DNA from: Candidatus Kapaibacterium sp.
Lineage (GTDB): Bacteria; Bacteroidota; Ignavibacteria; Kapaibacteriales; UBA2268
Reading direction: 5' to 3'
Length of the DNA: 64,000 nucleotides
Assembly: GCA_963665665.1 (NCBI GenBank)
Contig: OY762428.1
Location: forward strand, 3,808,001 to 3,872,000
In this document: piece after piece, positions 9,901-19,709 of the stretch
Position numbering within the stretch: the first letter of the stretch is position 1
How the letters are laid out: each line of letters begins with the position of its first letter
Notes under the pieces: generated by a model
Database searches by the model: none
Seen by the model: the letters and a program-made list of their open reading frames with translations, nothing else
What the model was told of the DNA's origin: nothing
Program-made: the position numbers and the translations under genes

Positions 9901-10947
9901 ATGAATAGGGGGATGTTCCTTAAATTGATAATTTCCTTTTTGTTTATGCCTGTTTTTCTTTCAGCAAATAACAGTATTGTGATAAGGGATAGTGTATCGA
10001 CGGGTATAGACAGCATTAAACGCTTGGCGGTAAAAGATTTTATGTATGCAGATACGAAGAGGGCAACACTTGATGGAAATCTTCCATTAATTGAATCTGA
10101 TATAAATGCCTATTATCTTGGCGGTTTCGTTGCTGCATATACTACGTGGTTTATTATTCAGCACGACCTGCAAATGCAAACTATCTGGAAAGAAAGAGGC
10201 GACTTCCATTTCCTTGAGGACGGAGAGTATGCTCTTTACTCTGATAAGGCAGGGCACTTTTATGGATGCTATTTTACTTCTTACATGATGCGCGAATGCC
10301 TTGTAATGACCGGCCTTAGCTGGGACTGGTCCAATGCAGTCGGAACAGCTCTTGGTTTGGGGTATTCCACCTACGTGGAAGTTCTTGACGGTTTTGCAAC
10401 AAGGTGGGGATTTTCGCCCTCTGATTTTTATGCCGATGTTGCGGGGGCATTACTTTTTTATGGACAAAACTATGTGCCTGTGCTACAGAATTTTACACCA
10501 AAATTTACATATATTCCCGCCGACTTGCATGGCCAGCATAAGCGTTGTCCGGCTGATGCAATGATTGATGACTACAGTTCCCATACATTGTGGCTTTCGG
10601 TAAATGTCCATAATATGCTCCCTGAAAATATGAAGGACTACTGGCCTTCGTGGATAGAACTGAGTTTAGGATATGCCGTAAGGAATTTGTGCAGCCCAGG
10701 CGACTGTGCTTGTACTGATGGGTATGCCGAAAAACATTATATAAATGACGGGAATGATATTGTTTACGGCGACCAGAAGTTTATCATTTCCCTGGATTAC
10801 AACCTTGTAAAAATGCTTCCAGACGGTCCGCCTGTATGGAACTGGTTCAAACAGTCGTTGAATTATCTTAAATTTCCGTCGCCTGCCGTAGAGTTTGGGG
10901 ATAAAACAAGATTTTATCTTCTCTATCCTTTTGAAATTAAGTTCTAA
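9901..10947 (+). CDS. DUF2279/YfiM-like exported protein
   Basis: Signal peptide, DKAGHFY, EVLDGF..WGFSPSD.. and DDYSSHTLWLS motifs, C-terminal LKFPSPA. Confidence 0.7.
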   Translation: MNRGMFLKLIISFLFMPVFLSANNSIVIRDSVSTGIDSIKRLAVKDFMYADTKRATLDGNLPLIESDINAYYLGGFVAAYTTWFIIQHDLQMQTIWKERGDFHFLEDGEYALYSDKAGHFYGCYFTSYMMRECLVMTGLSWDWSNAVGTALGLGYSTYVEVLDGFATRWGFSPSDFYADVAGALLFYGQNYVPVLQNFTPKFTYIPADLHGQHKRCPADAMIDDYSSHTLWLSVNVHNMLPENMKDYWPSWIELSLGYAVRNLCSPGDCACTDGYAEKHYINDGNDIVYGDQKFIISLDYNLVKMLPDGPPVWNWFKQSLNYLKFPSPAVEFGDKTRFYLLYPFEIKF

Positions 10948-11019
10948 CTTATCTTTATTAGCTCCGTAATTTTATTTATATTTAAAGTTTATAAATTGTC
11001 AGGATTATTGAGACTATAA

Positions 11020-11862
11020 TTGAAGAATACTGAAAATATAAATATTGAACATAGAACCAACGGCAAGGCAAAGATTAAAGGATCGGAAGAAATTAAATAT
11101 TTTTCCCGTGGGGGTATGATAAAGGGATTAATCAGTGTTGTTGTTCCGGCATACCAGGAAGAAAAGATAATTGCAGACAATTTGAAGATATATTCCCGGG
11201 AGCTTAGGAAAAAATTTAATTTCGAACTGATTGTAAGTGATGGCGGCAGCACTGATAAAACGGCAGATAATGCTTCGCCCTTTGCTGATAAGGTTGTACT
11301 TCACAGCAGGGATGACAGGCAGACAATTGCCGAAGGCAGGAATAAGGGGGCTGAAGTTGCCGAGGGCGAATACTTTGTATTTATTAATGCTGATACACTT
11401 CCGGAAGATGCTGAGAAATTTTTTACTATTATCCGCGACTGGGCCGACGGAAAAAACAAACTTTCAAAATTTGATGCTCTTGCAACTTACGTAACTTATT
11501 TCGAGGAGGAGGCACTGCTCAGGGATAAATTATTCTACAAATTTCATAATACATACGTACGTTTTCTTAACGCAATAGGTATGGGAATGGGACGTGGTGA
11601 ATGCCAGATAGTAAAAAGAACCACTTTTGAAAAAGTTGAAGGATATAACGGTACTATTGTTGCCGGTGAAGATTTTGACCTGTACAGGAGAATTGGCAGC
11701 GTCGGAAAAATTGGTTTTGCAAACGAAATACGGGTATGCGAATCTCCCCGCAGATTTCGTAAATACGGTTATTTTCGGATTATTATGACCTGGCTGTTGA
11801 ATTCACTGTCTGTTATGTTCCGTGGGCGTTCTATGTCATCGGAATGGGAAGCTGTAAGGTAA
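11020..11862 (+). CDS. Glycosyltransferase family 2 (true start possibly ATG 11116)
   Basis: ISVVVPAYQEE, VSDGGSTD, RNKGA, F-NAD, GEDFDL and SPRRF motifs. Confidence 0.88.
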   Translation: MKNTENINIEHRTNGKAKIKGSEEIKYFSRGGMIKGLISVVVPAYQEEKIIADNLKIYSRELRKKFNFELIVSDGGSTDKTADNASPFADKVVLHSRDDRQTIAEGRNKGAEVAEGEYFVFINADTLPEDAEKFFTIIRDWADGKNKLSKFDALATYVTYFEEEALLRDKLFYKFHNTYVRFLNAIGMGMGRGECQIVKRTTFEKVEGYNGTIVAGEDFDLYRRIGSVGKIGFANEIRVCESPRRFRKYGYFRIIMTWLLNSLSVMFRGRSMSSEWEAVR

Positions 11863-11931
11863 GATTTTTGAAAATATAAAGAAATTTATTTCATTCAATG
11901 TTTTGGAAATCAAATCCTAAGTTAATTGGAT

Positions 11932-12058
11932 TTGTCATTCCCCGATAAATCGGGCCAGGCTGAACGAAGTGAAGAATCCAGACTTCTTCGATATTATAAA
12001 ATGGATTCTTCAGTTGCTTTACTCCGGAAGCCTGTCCCGACATGTCGGGGAATGACAA
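11932..12058. repeat. REP/MITE-like long palindrome (GTCATTC...GAATGAC family) with a 20-bp insert in each arm
   Basis: Terminal inverted repeat TTGTCATTCCCCGA...TCGGGGAATGACAA and inner GAAGAATCCA/TGGATTCTTC pair. Related copies at 34298, 40037 and 40312. Confidence 0.8.
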
Positions 12059-12120
12059 ATCTCGAAAATATTATTTTAAAATGTTTTTTAGATTTAGTCT
12101 GAAAAATCGAAGCAATATAA

Positions 12121-15100
12121 ATGAAAACTGATAGATCACTAGGAATTTGCCTTGGCGCATCATCGCTTAGCTTTGTTGTTGCAGAAAAGGGTAATGATGG
12201 CAGAATTAATATAATTGATAAATTCAGGGTGTCGCATAACGGCGAACCTAAAAGGGTTTTATCGGATAAACTGCCTGAATTTTATAGATCAGGAATGAGC
12301 GTATGCGTGACTGGCCGAAAACTCAAGCATATTGTGAACCTGCCAAATATTTCCGAACCCGAGGCAACAGAATATGCCCTTGATATGATCGATGGGAAAT
12401 ACGATGCCGCAGCATCTCTTGGCGGCGAGACTTTTCTGGTCTATACTCTTGATTCTGAGCGGAAAATATCCAATATAATAACAAAAAACCAGTGTGCATC
12501 AGGTACGGGTGAGTTTTTCCTGCAGCAGATACGTCGTATGGGGCTTGATGTGATTAGCGCAATTGACACTGCCGTAGGTGCTGAGCCCTTCAAGGTTTCC
12601 GGCAGGTGTTCTGTATTCTGTAAATCTGATTGTACCCACGCGCTTAATAAGGGTACTCCGAAAAATGAAGTTACAGCCGGTCTTGCCCTGATGATTGCTG
12701 ATAAAGTAGAGGAACTTATCCGCAAAGTGAAGGGCGAAAAATTTCTTCTGCTTGGCGGAGTAACAAAGAATAAAGTTGTAATGGATTTTATCAGGGAGAA
12801 AATTCCGGGTGCAGTGGTTCCGGAAAATGCAGACGTATTCGAAGCAATGGGAGCGGCTGTATATGCTCTCAAAAATCCTGATGCAAAAGAAATCAATATT
12901 GATGATCTTTATAAAGGTAAAAGCGGCTCCTTTGTTTTTCATCCTCCTTTGAAAAATTCAATATCAAAAGTAAGCTTTAAAAGCCTGGAAAGAGCTGAAG
13001 CTAAAAACGGCGACAGGTGTATTCTCGGGCTGGATGTTGGTTCAACGACGACAAAAGCTGTAATTATCCGGGAAAGAGACAGCAGCCTGCTTGCTTCAGT
13101 ATATTTATATACCAAAGGCAATCCAATTCAGGCTTCACGGGACTGTTACAGGGAGCTTGATAAGCAAATCGATGCAGATATAAAAATCATCGGATTAGGT
13201 GTTACAGGATCAGGCAGGCATATTGCCGGGCTTCACGCACTGACCGACGGTGTAATAAACGAAATAATTGCTCATGCTTCTGCGGCAATTTTCTTTGATC
13301 CGGAAGTTGATACCATTTTCGAGATCGGGGGGCAGGATGCAAAATACACCCATATCGTTAACAAGGTTCCGGCGGATTACGCCATGAACGAAGCCTGTTC
13401 GGCAGGTACCGGATCCTTCCTGGAAGAAGCTGCTTATGAATCGCTCGGCGTTAAATTGACAGAAATTGAGCAGTATGCCATGAAGGCTGAGAACCCTCCA
13501 AACTTCAGCGACCAGTGCGCGGCTTTTATCAGTTCGGATATAAAAACAGCCCAGCAGGAAAACATCAGCAAAGATGATATTATTGCCGGCCTGGTATATT
13601 CTGTTTGCCTGAACTATGTGAACAGGGTGAAAGGCCCGAGGCCGGTAGGAAAAAAAGTATTCATGCAGGGCGGAGTATGCTATAACAAAGCTGTGCCAAT
13701 GGCAATGGCCGAACTATCAGGAAATGAAATTATTGTGCCACCCGAGCCGGGGCTGATGGGTGCTTTTGGCGTAGCGTTAGAGGTGAAAGAAAAGATTTCT
13801 CTCGGTATTATGCGGGAAAAGGACTACGATCTTAAAGAACTTGCCGGCAGGGCTGTTAAATATCATAAGCCGTTTACATGCGCCGGAGGAAGGGAAAAAT
13901 GCGATATAGGCTGTTCTATTAGCCTTATCGAAGTCCGGGGGAAGAAATATCCTTTTGGCGGCGCCTGCGACAAATATTATAATGTTGTCCGGAAAAAGAA
14001 TATCAGGACGGATGAGTTTGACTATGTTAAGGTTCGTCAGAACCTGATGTTCGGTAAATATGCTCCCGAAGCAGACCTTCCTGAAAATGCTCCGACAATG
14101 GGGATGAACCTTTCCTTCCATACTCACACGCTTTACCCGCTTTATTATAATTTCTTTACTAAGCTTGGGTTCAGGGTTGTATTGCCCGACAAAGCCGACG
14201 AAGACGGTATGGAAAGGGAAATGACTTCCTTCTGCTATCCCGGCCAGGTGGCGCACGGAATGTTCCGGAATCTGCTGGATAAGAAAACCGATTATATCTT
14301 TGTGCCCAACCATCTGGAAATGAATGTTGACGAGGGAACATACCAGAGAATGGATTTCAACTGTTCCTGTATATTCGTAAGCGGGGAACCTTATTACCTG
14401 AAGCAGGCGTTTAAGGATTACAATCTGAACGGCCGGTATATTGACCCGATATTTAATTTCGGTAATGGTATTTCAGGACAGAAGGAAATCTTCATTCAAA
14501 CAGCAGCCCGTTTCGGGATAAAAGACAGGCGGAAAGCGTCCGATGCTTTTGATTATGCGCATGAAATGCAGATAAAATTCCGAGACGAGCTTTTTGCAAT
14601 CGGGTCAAAGCTTCTTAAAAAAATCGAGAATGATCCGGATGCTTACGCTATAGTTCTTGTTGGCAGGCCATACAATACATTCACCGAGGATACAAACAAG
14701 GGAATACCCGGAAAGATAGCATCACGCGGCGTTTATGCCATACCTTATGATATGTTCGATTATCGTTTCGAAACGATTGACGACGATATGTACTGGGAGG
14801 GAGGTAAGAAAATATTGAAAGTGGCGAAAATCATTAAGCGCCATCCGAAATTGTTTGCAACCTATGTTTCTAATTTCTCATGCGCACCGGATTCAATGAT
14901 AATTCCCATGTTTCGCAGGATAATGGGCGCGAAGCCGTCTCTTACCCTGGAACTGGACAGTCATTCCGCCGATGCCGGAATAAATACACGTCTGGATGCT
15001 GCTATTGATATTATAAATAATTACCGACGCATTTCCGAAAAAGTTGCAGACCCGGATTTCTCTGATTTTACTCCTGCAAGGGTGGAATTTGGCGAGGACG

Positions 15101-16422
15101 AGGGGTTCTTTATTAGTTCGGAAGGGGAGAAGCTATCATTATCCGATCCCTCGGTTGATATTCTCCTGCCGTCGATGGGCGATCTTGCTTCGGAACTTTT
15201 CGCTGCCGGTATGCGCAGCCAGGGATTCAATGCCAAAGCTGTGAAAATGCCGGATTCAGAGATTTTAAAATACGGCAGGGCAGTGGCAACAGGCAAGGAA
15301 TGTCTGCCGCTTATATTAATGACTGGCTCGCTTCTGGATTATCTGGAGAACCAGTGGGACGGTAAACAGAAAATTTGTTTCTTCATAGTGCAGGGAGCGG
15401 GGAACTGCCGTCTTGGCTACTACCCGTCATTCATGAAAAACGTGATAAAACAGAAAAGGATAAAAAACGTTACCACACTGGAGCTTATGCACGAGGACGG
15501 TTTTGCAGGGCTGGGGCCAAAATTTGCCTCAAGGGGGATTGAAACGCTGATAGCCAGCGATGTTCTTGAAGATACCCGTAATGCCATTCTGGCAAATGCT
15601 GTAGATCCGGTTGCCGGGGAGGAAGCTTTCTATCATGAGTTTAATTCGCTTTGCAAATTGCTGGAAAGCAAACCTGATAATTTTTATAAGGGATTAAAAA
15701 AATTCTCGGCAAATATAAGTAAGTCAATTCCCGTGAAAAGGCCGATTGAAGATTCCCGATACGTGGCCCTGGTGGGCGAGATGTATTGCCGCAGGGACGG
15801 TTTTTCACATAAATGGCTGAACCGCAAGCTTGCCGAAAAAGGCTTTATCGTGAAGGATGCCTATCTGACTGAGTGGATATTCTACGTGGATTACCTGCTG
15901 AAAGAAGGCCTGTACGAACCTCTGAAATCTCTAAAAAATAAATATGAACGCCTTGTCCGTATTTCATACATGAGGGTATCCGAACAGAGAATTAAGAGCA
16001 TGCTTGCAAAGACAGGTTTCTATGAATTTGAACGTACAAAAGTTGAAAAACTGGTGAACCACGGCAAACATATCGTTCCGCTGGAATTCAAGGGAGAGCC
16101 GCTGCTCGTGCTCGGCGCCACAATGAAGGAAACCGGCGAGAAATACTGCGGAGTGATAAATGTTGGCCCATTCGGCTGTATGCAGTCCCGCTTTGCCGAG
16201 GCTGTAACAGTACCCGAGGCGAATATGAACAGCAAGCTGCAAATAAGACAAATGAATGATAAAGGGTATAAACTACCAAAGGGTTTCAAACCTGATATGG
16301 AAATACCCTTTCTGTCGATTGAGGTGGACGGCAATGCCATGCCCCAGATAATTGAGGCGCGCTTAGAAACATTTATGCTGCGCGCTGCCCGCTTTGCTGA
16401 AATAATGGGGAAGAAGGTATGA
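12121..16422 (+). CDS. Acyl-CoA dehydratase activase fusion (two BadF/BadG/HgdC-type ATPase domains + DUF2229 + dehydratase-like C-terminal part)
   Basis: NQCASGTGEF and GRCSVFCKSD in domain 1; GLDVGSTTTK, EIGGQDAK, NEACSAGTGSF and DQCAAF in domain 2; later FCYP, NFSCAPD, KECLP and PFGCM motifs. Confidence 0.88.
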   Translation: MKTDRSLGICLGASSLSFVVAEKGNDGRINIIDKFRVSHNGEPKRVLSDKLPEFYRSGMSVCVTGRKLKHIVNLPNISEPEATEYALDMIDGKYDAAASLGGETFLVYTLDSERKISNIITKNQCASGTGEFFLQQIRRMGLDVISAIDTAVGAEPFKVSGRCSVFCKSDCTHALNKGTPKNEVTAGLALMIADKVEELIRKVKGEKFLLLGGVTKNKVVMDFIREKIPGAVVPENADVFEAMGAAVYALKNPDAKEINIDDLYKGKSGSFVFHPPLKNSISKVSFKSLERAEAKNGDRCILGLDVGSTTTKAVIIRERDSSLLASVYLYTKGNPIQASRDCYRELDKQIDADIKIIGLGVTGSGRHIAGLHALTDGVINEIIAHASAAIFFDPEVDTIFEIGGQDAKYTHIVNKVPADYAMNEACSAGTGSFLEEAAYESLGVKLTEIEQYAMKAENPPNFSDQCAAFISSDIKTAQQENISKDDIIAGLVYSVCLNYVNRVKGPRPVGKKVFMQGGVCYNKAVPMAMAELSGNEIIVPPEPGLMGAFGVALEVKEKISLGIMREKDYDLKELAGRAVKYHKPFTCAGGREKCDIGCSISLIEVRGKKYPFGGACDKYYNVVRKKNIRTDEFDYVKVRQNLMFGKYAPEADLPENAPTMGMNLSFHTHTLYPLYYNFFTKLGFRVVLPDKADEDGMEREMTSFCYPGQVAHGMFRNLLDKKTDYIFVPNHLEMNVDEGTYQRMDFNCSCIFVSGEPYYLKQAFKDYNLNGRYIDPIFNFGNGISGQKEIFIQTAARFGIKDRRKASDAFDYAHEMQIKFRDELFAIGSKLLKKIENDPDAYAIVLVGRPYNTFTEDTNKGIPGKIASRGVYAIPYDMFDYRFETIDDDMYWEGGKKILKVAKIIKRHPKLFATYVSNFSCAPDSMIIPMFRRIMGAKPSLTLELDSHSADAGINTRLDAAIDIINNYRRISEKVADPDFSDFTPARVEFGEDEGFFISSEGEKLSLSDPSVDILLPSMGDLASELFAAGMRSQGFNAKAVKMPDSEILKYGRAVATGKECLPLILMTGSLLDYLENQWDGKQKICFFIVQGAGNCRLGYYPSFMKNVIKQKRIKNVTTLELMHEDGFAGLGPKFASRGIETLIASDVLEDTRNAILANAVDPVAGEEAFYHEFNSLCKLLESKPDNFYKGLKKFSANISKSIPVKRPIEDSRYVALVGEMYCRRDGFSHKWLNRKLAEKGFIVKDAYLTEWIFYVDYLLKEGLYEPLKSLKNKYERLVRISYMRVSEQRIKSMLAKTGFYEFERTKVEKLVNHGKHIVPLEFKGEPLLVLGATMKETGEKYCGVINVGPFGCMQSRFAEAVTVPEANMNSKLQIRQMNDKGYKLPKGFKPDMEIPFLSIEVDGNAMPQIIEARLETFMLRAARFAEIMGKKV

Positions 16423-16541
16423 GCCTGTTAAAGCAAAGTACATATTGTGCCATAAAAGTTAAAAAAACTGTCTTCCCCGATAAATCTGAGCAGGCTGCAA
16501 GTATGGAGGAGGGGATTTATGTTTCATACCATAGCTTTCTA

Positions 16542-16805
16542 TCAGCTATCGCCGCCACCGGCAATACAATCAAATGGAGCTGCCCCTCCTCCGGTTCCAC
16601 AAGTCGGATGATCATCAGTAGGACCATTAGAACAGTAATCAGCCGGACCGACAATTGTTGTTCCGGCAATACAAAGGTTTGACGCACTTATTCCAGACTG
16701 ACAATGAATTGGCGTGGCATCTGTGCCGCTTGCCGACGAACCATTCGAGCAATATAATAACTGACTGTCGCTAATTTTTCTTAATTCGGGTTTTTGATAT
16801 TTCAT
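16542..16805 (-). CDS. 87-aa Cys-rich peptide, putative RiPP precursor (YxxPxL leader, six CxxG motifs)
   Basis: ATG at 16805 gives MKYQKPELRKISDSQLLYCSNG...CQSG...CIAG...CSNG...CGTG...CIAGGGDS. The core is GC-richer than the AT-rich upstream in-frame extension. Confidence 0.7.
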   Translation of the reverse strand: MKYQKPELRKISDSQLLYCSNGSSASGTDATPIHCQSGISASNLCIAGTTIVGPADYCSNGPTDDHPTCGTGGGAAPFDCIAGGGDS

Positions 16806-17105
16806 AATTTTACATTCTTTTATATTTGTGTATCTTAACAAAATCAAAAATAAGAAATATAAAACAAAAAAAATATTACCGGACAGAATATTTTTAATAC
16901 AATAGATATTGGCCGTAACAATTTGACTATTATGGGGGTGTAATTTTACAAATTTTGAAAATTTTGAAATTACCGCAAATGCAATCGGAAGCAATATGTT
17001 TGAAGGTTTTAAAACCAACTCCAAGAGGTATAGAGATAATCTGAGATTACATGATTGGAAAAATCACATTTGGAGAATTGACTAAATTTGCTGAGGACAA
17101 ATCGT

Positions 17106-17366
17106 ATGAATGATTCTTACAAGTACCTTGACATAGATTATACCTATACTGAACCTATAACCGGAATCCTCAGAAATTTAGCAGATATAACTGAACCGGA
17201 TGTTTTACTCTTTTTTGAAATTGGAGCTGTTGCAAAACGAATTCAGGAACTTTATGAAGAAACTATTACGATAAAAGGAGCGGACTGTCTTTTAAGCATT
17301 CATAAACACTTGTTTCAATATGTTTATTTTCTCTATTCCAGCGGGAGCCTTGGGATAGAGATATAA
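17106..17366 (+). pseudogene. Truncated Fic-family protein N-terminus
   Basis: MNDSYKYLDIDYTYTEPITGILRNLADIT...LLSIHKHLFQYVY resembles Fic N-termini (Y..P.TGVL.N...I; IH.HLFQD.Y). It stops before any HPFxxGNGR motif. Confidence 0.55.
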
Positions 17367-17421
17367 TCCAAAAAATTAAATAAAGTTACTCCATGCAGTT
17401 GTTATGTCAATTATTTATTTG

Positions 17422-18834
17422 CTAAGCTATTTCCGGCTCATTAAAGTTGAATTCCATGCGTTCAAATTTCCTTTTTGCCCCGATAAGCATTAGTATTGTA
17501 AGAATAAATATAATCGAAATAAGTATAAACCAAAAAAGATTTAATTCTGCTTTTATACCTGCTATCAGCGCGAAGGACTGGTAAATTGATATCACAATTG
17601 TCATGAATATATTCCAGCCTTTGGCAGAACCGCTGCTGATTGTATCGTGAATAAGTAAAGAAAAGGAATTCAGAAATAAAAACAATACTGAAGCAAATAC
17701 GATATTAATAATTAATTCCGGTATTGTGAAAAACCCTTCTACCTGATTCATAATAACCATCACAGTGGTAATAATAAATAATGTCCGGAAAGCAACGTAA
17801 AGATATGTTTTGATTATATCAACTGAAAATTCTTTCCTGCTGCCCGGGTACATTATCCAAAGCATATCCAGGTTGTGCCTGTGCTGAAGAAAATCAGCGC
17901 TGGTAAAAATTGAACTTATCAGGTATAATACTGTAAATAGCGGAGCATACTCAAGCCGCGATGATGCTGAATTGAAAGAAAATATTATCCCCATTGTTGC
18001 AAAGTAAACAATGATAACCAACAGATAAACAACAAAGCCCTGTCTTAATATGAAATTTGGGCTGAAAAGTGAGAACTGCATTTTTTGGATCAGTTTACTC
18101 TTATTATCAGAATTAGCAATTGAGCTGATTTTGGAATCAATCTCTTTGTCATTGAAACGGCTGGTTTTATCATAATACCTTGTAAAGCTGTCTCTTTTCT
18201 GGTCAATAAAGTATGAAGGCCTGTAGCTGATCTTTTTAAAATAGTAATAAGCCGAAAATACGGACAAAAAGATAAAAGAAAGAACCAAAGCAGGCTGAAC
18301 AATATGGCTGTAATCTGCTACCCAGTCGAAACTTATAAAATCAAATTTACCCAGGCCCCAATCAATTCCGTTCAACCTTGCAAGGATAACATTTGTCCAC
18401 ATAATTGAAATTAATGAAAGTATGTTATCACCGAAAAGAACCGAAATAATTAGAACAATGATGCAGGAATTCGAATACATAATTAGTTTGGGAATAAACT
18501 CAAACCCGCTGAATGACAATACAAATGCCGGTAATACTGTAAAAATCAGATATAAAGGTATCAAACTGAGAATCAGGTATTTTGGAAAATCAGGTAATAA
18601 AACATTCATTATCGTTCCGCTGATCCTTCTGAAATGAATACCTACCCCATAGAAAAAGAATGCTATTGAAAAGAAGAATACATTAACGGCAATATCTGGC
18701 AATTCATTACTATCAGATACGGTTACCAGGATTGCCATTCCAGCTATATAAAATATAACAGCAAGAACCATCATTACCATACCGCCAAAATTACTATCAG
18801 CAAAAGTCCGGTAGATATTTAGTATCTGTTTCAT
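17422..18834 (-). CDS. ABC transporter permease-like multi-TM protein
   Basis: About 12 hydrophobic segments in two halves. Overlaps the ATPase stop by 4 bp (ATGA coupling). Confidence 0.7.
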   Translation of the reverse strand: MKQILNIYRTFADSNFGGMVMMVLAVIFYIAGMAILVTVSDSNELPDIAVNVFFFSIAFFFYGVGIHFRRISGTIMNVLLPDFPKYLILSLIPLYLIFTVLPAFVLSFSGFEFIPKLIMYSNSCIIVLIISVLFGDNILSLISIMWTNVILARLNGIDWGLGKFDFISFDWVADYSHIVQPALVLSFIFLSVFSAYYYFKKISYRPSYFIDQKRDSFTRYYDKTSRFNDKEIDSKISSIANSDNKSKLIQKMQFSLFSPNFILRQGFVVYLLVIIVYFATMGIIFSFNSASSRLEYAPLFTVLYLISSIFTSADFLQHRHNLDMLWIMYPGSRKEFSVDIIKTYLYVAFRTLFIITTVMVIMNQVEGFFTIPELIINIVFASVLFLFLNSFSLLIHDTISSGSAKGWNIFMTIVISIYQSFALIAGIKAELNLFWFILISIIFILTILMLIGAKRKFERMEFNFNEPEIA

Positions 18835-19709
18835 TTGCTCATCTCCAGGAAAATTTCTTCCAGGTTCAGTTCCTCATAATGAGCCTCAGCATTGAATTTC
18901 CTGATAAAGCTGTCAATAAAATCCTGTATTTCGTTGTGATAGGAAATAATAACGGAATTTGCCTTTTTCCTGTAACTGAAAATACTATTATTATCAGGTT
19001 TTTCAGGAAAGGGAAAATCCGAAACCAAATGTGCACGGCGAATGTTTTCCTTCAGGTCTGCAAGTTCTCCGTTATATATAATTTTTCCATCATTAAGAAA
19101 AATAATATCGGCGGCTACTCTTTCAATATCGGATGTAATATGGGTTGAAAACAGGATTGTTTTTTCCATATCGCTGTTAAATTCTATTATCCTGGAAATA
19201 AAATCTCTTCTCGCTGCCGGATCCAGGCTTGCAACAGGTTCGTCAAGAATCAGAATGTCCGGGTCGAATCCAAGATTCTGGATAATAGACAGTTTCTGTC
19301 TCTGGCCTTCGGAAAGTTCGGATATTTTTTTATAAAGGTCAATTCCCCATTCCCTTGCCAGCATTTTTACCTTATCATCTTTCCAATTGGGATAAAAAGC
19401 GCCAATATAATTCAGGTAGGAGCCGGCCTTCATCCAGGTATATCCGCCGAATTTCTGAGGTACATAGCCAATTCTTGATTTTAATTTCGGCTTGATTGAT
19501 ATCGAATCATATCCTAAAATCTCTGACTTTCCATGGTCAAGTTGATATAACCCGAGCAATGATTTTATCATTGTTGTTTTTCCAGAACCGTTTTTACCTA
19601 TCAATCCGGTAATACTGCCCTTTTGTATTTCAAAGTTTATATCATTCAGCGCGATAAGCTCATCAAATTTCTTAGTTGCCGTTTCCATTTTAAGAACAAT
19701 ATTATCCAT
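18831..19709 (-). CDS. ABC transporter ATP-binding protein (YtrB-like)
   Basis: Walker A GKNGSGKT, signature LSEGQ, ILILDEP and STH switch. ATG at 19709 overlaps the GntR stop region. Confidence 0.92.
   Translation of the reverse strand: MDNIVLKMETATKKFDELIALNDINFEIQKGSITGLIGKNGSGKTTMIKSLLGLYQLDHGKSEILGYDSISIKPKLKSRIGYVPQKFGGYTWMKAGSYLNYIGAFYPNWKDDKVKMLAREWGIDLYKKISELSEGQRQKLSIIQNLGFDPDILILDEPVASLDPAARRDFISRIIEFNSDMEKTILFSTHITSDIERVAADIIFLNDGKIIYNGELADLKENIRRAHLVSDFPFPEKPDNNSIFSYRKKANSVIISYHNEIQDFIDSFIRKFNAEAHYEELNLEEIFLEMSK

Noticed and set aside
16419-16682. 87-aa + strand ORF after the activase
   Set aside because: Antisense shadow of the Cys-rich peptide, and it runs through a repeat module.
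12121-16805. Activase/dehydratase as the maturase of the neighbouring peptide
   Set aside because: Convergent orientation, no RRE domain seen, and the family acts on acyl-CoA substrates.
16806-17024. N-terminal 73 codons of the 160-aa ORF in the track
   Set aside because: TTG start in AT-rich intergenic-like DNA. The ATG at 16805 gives a coherent leader motif.
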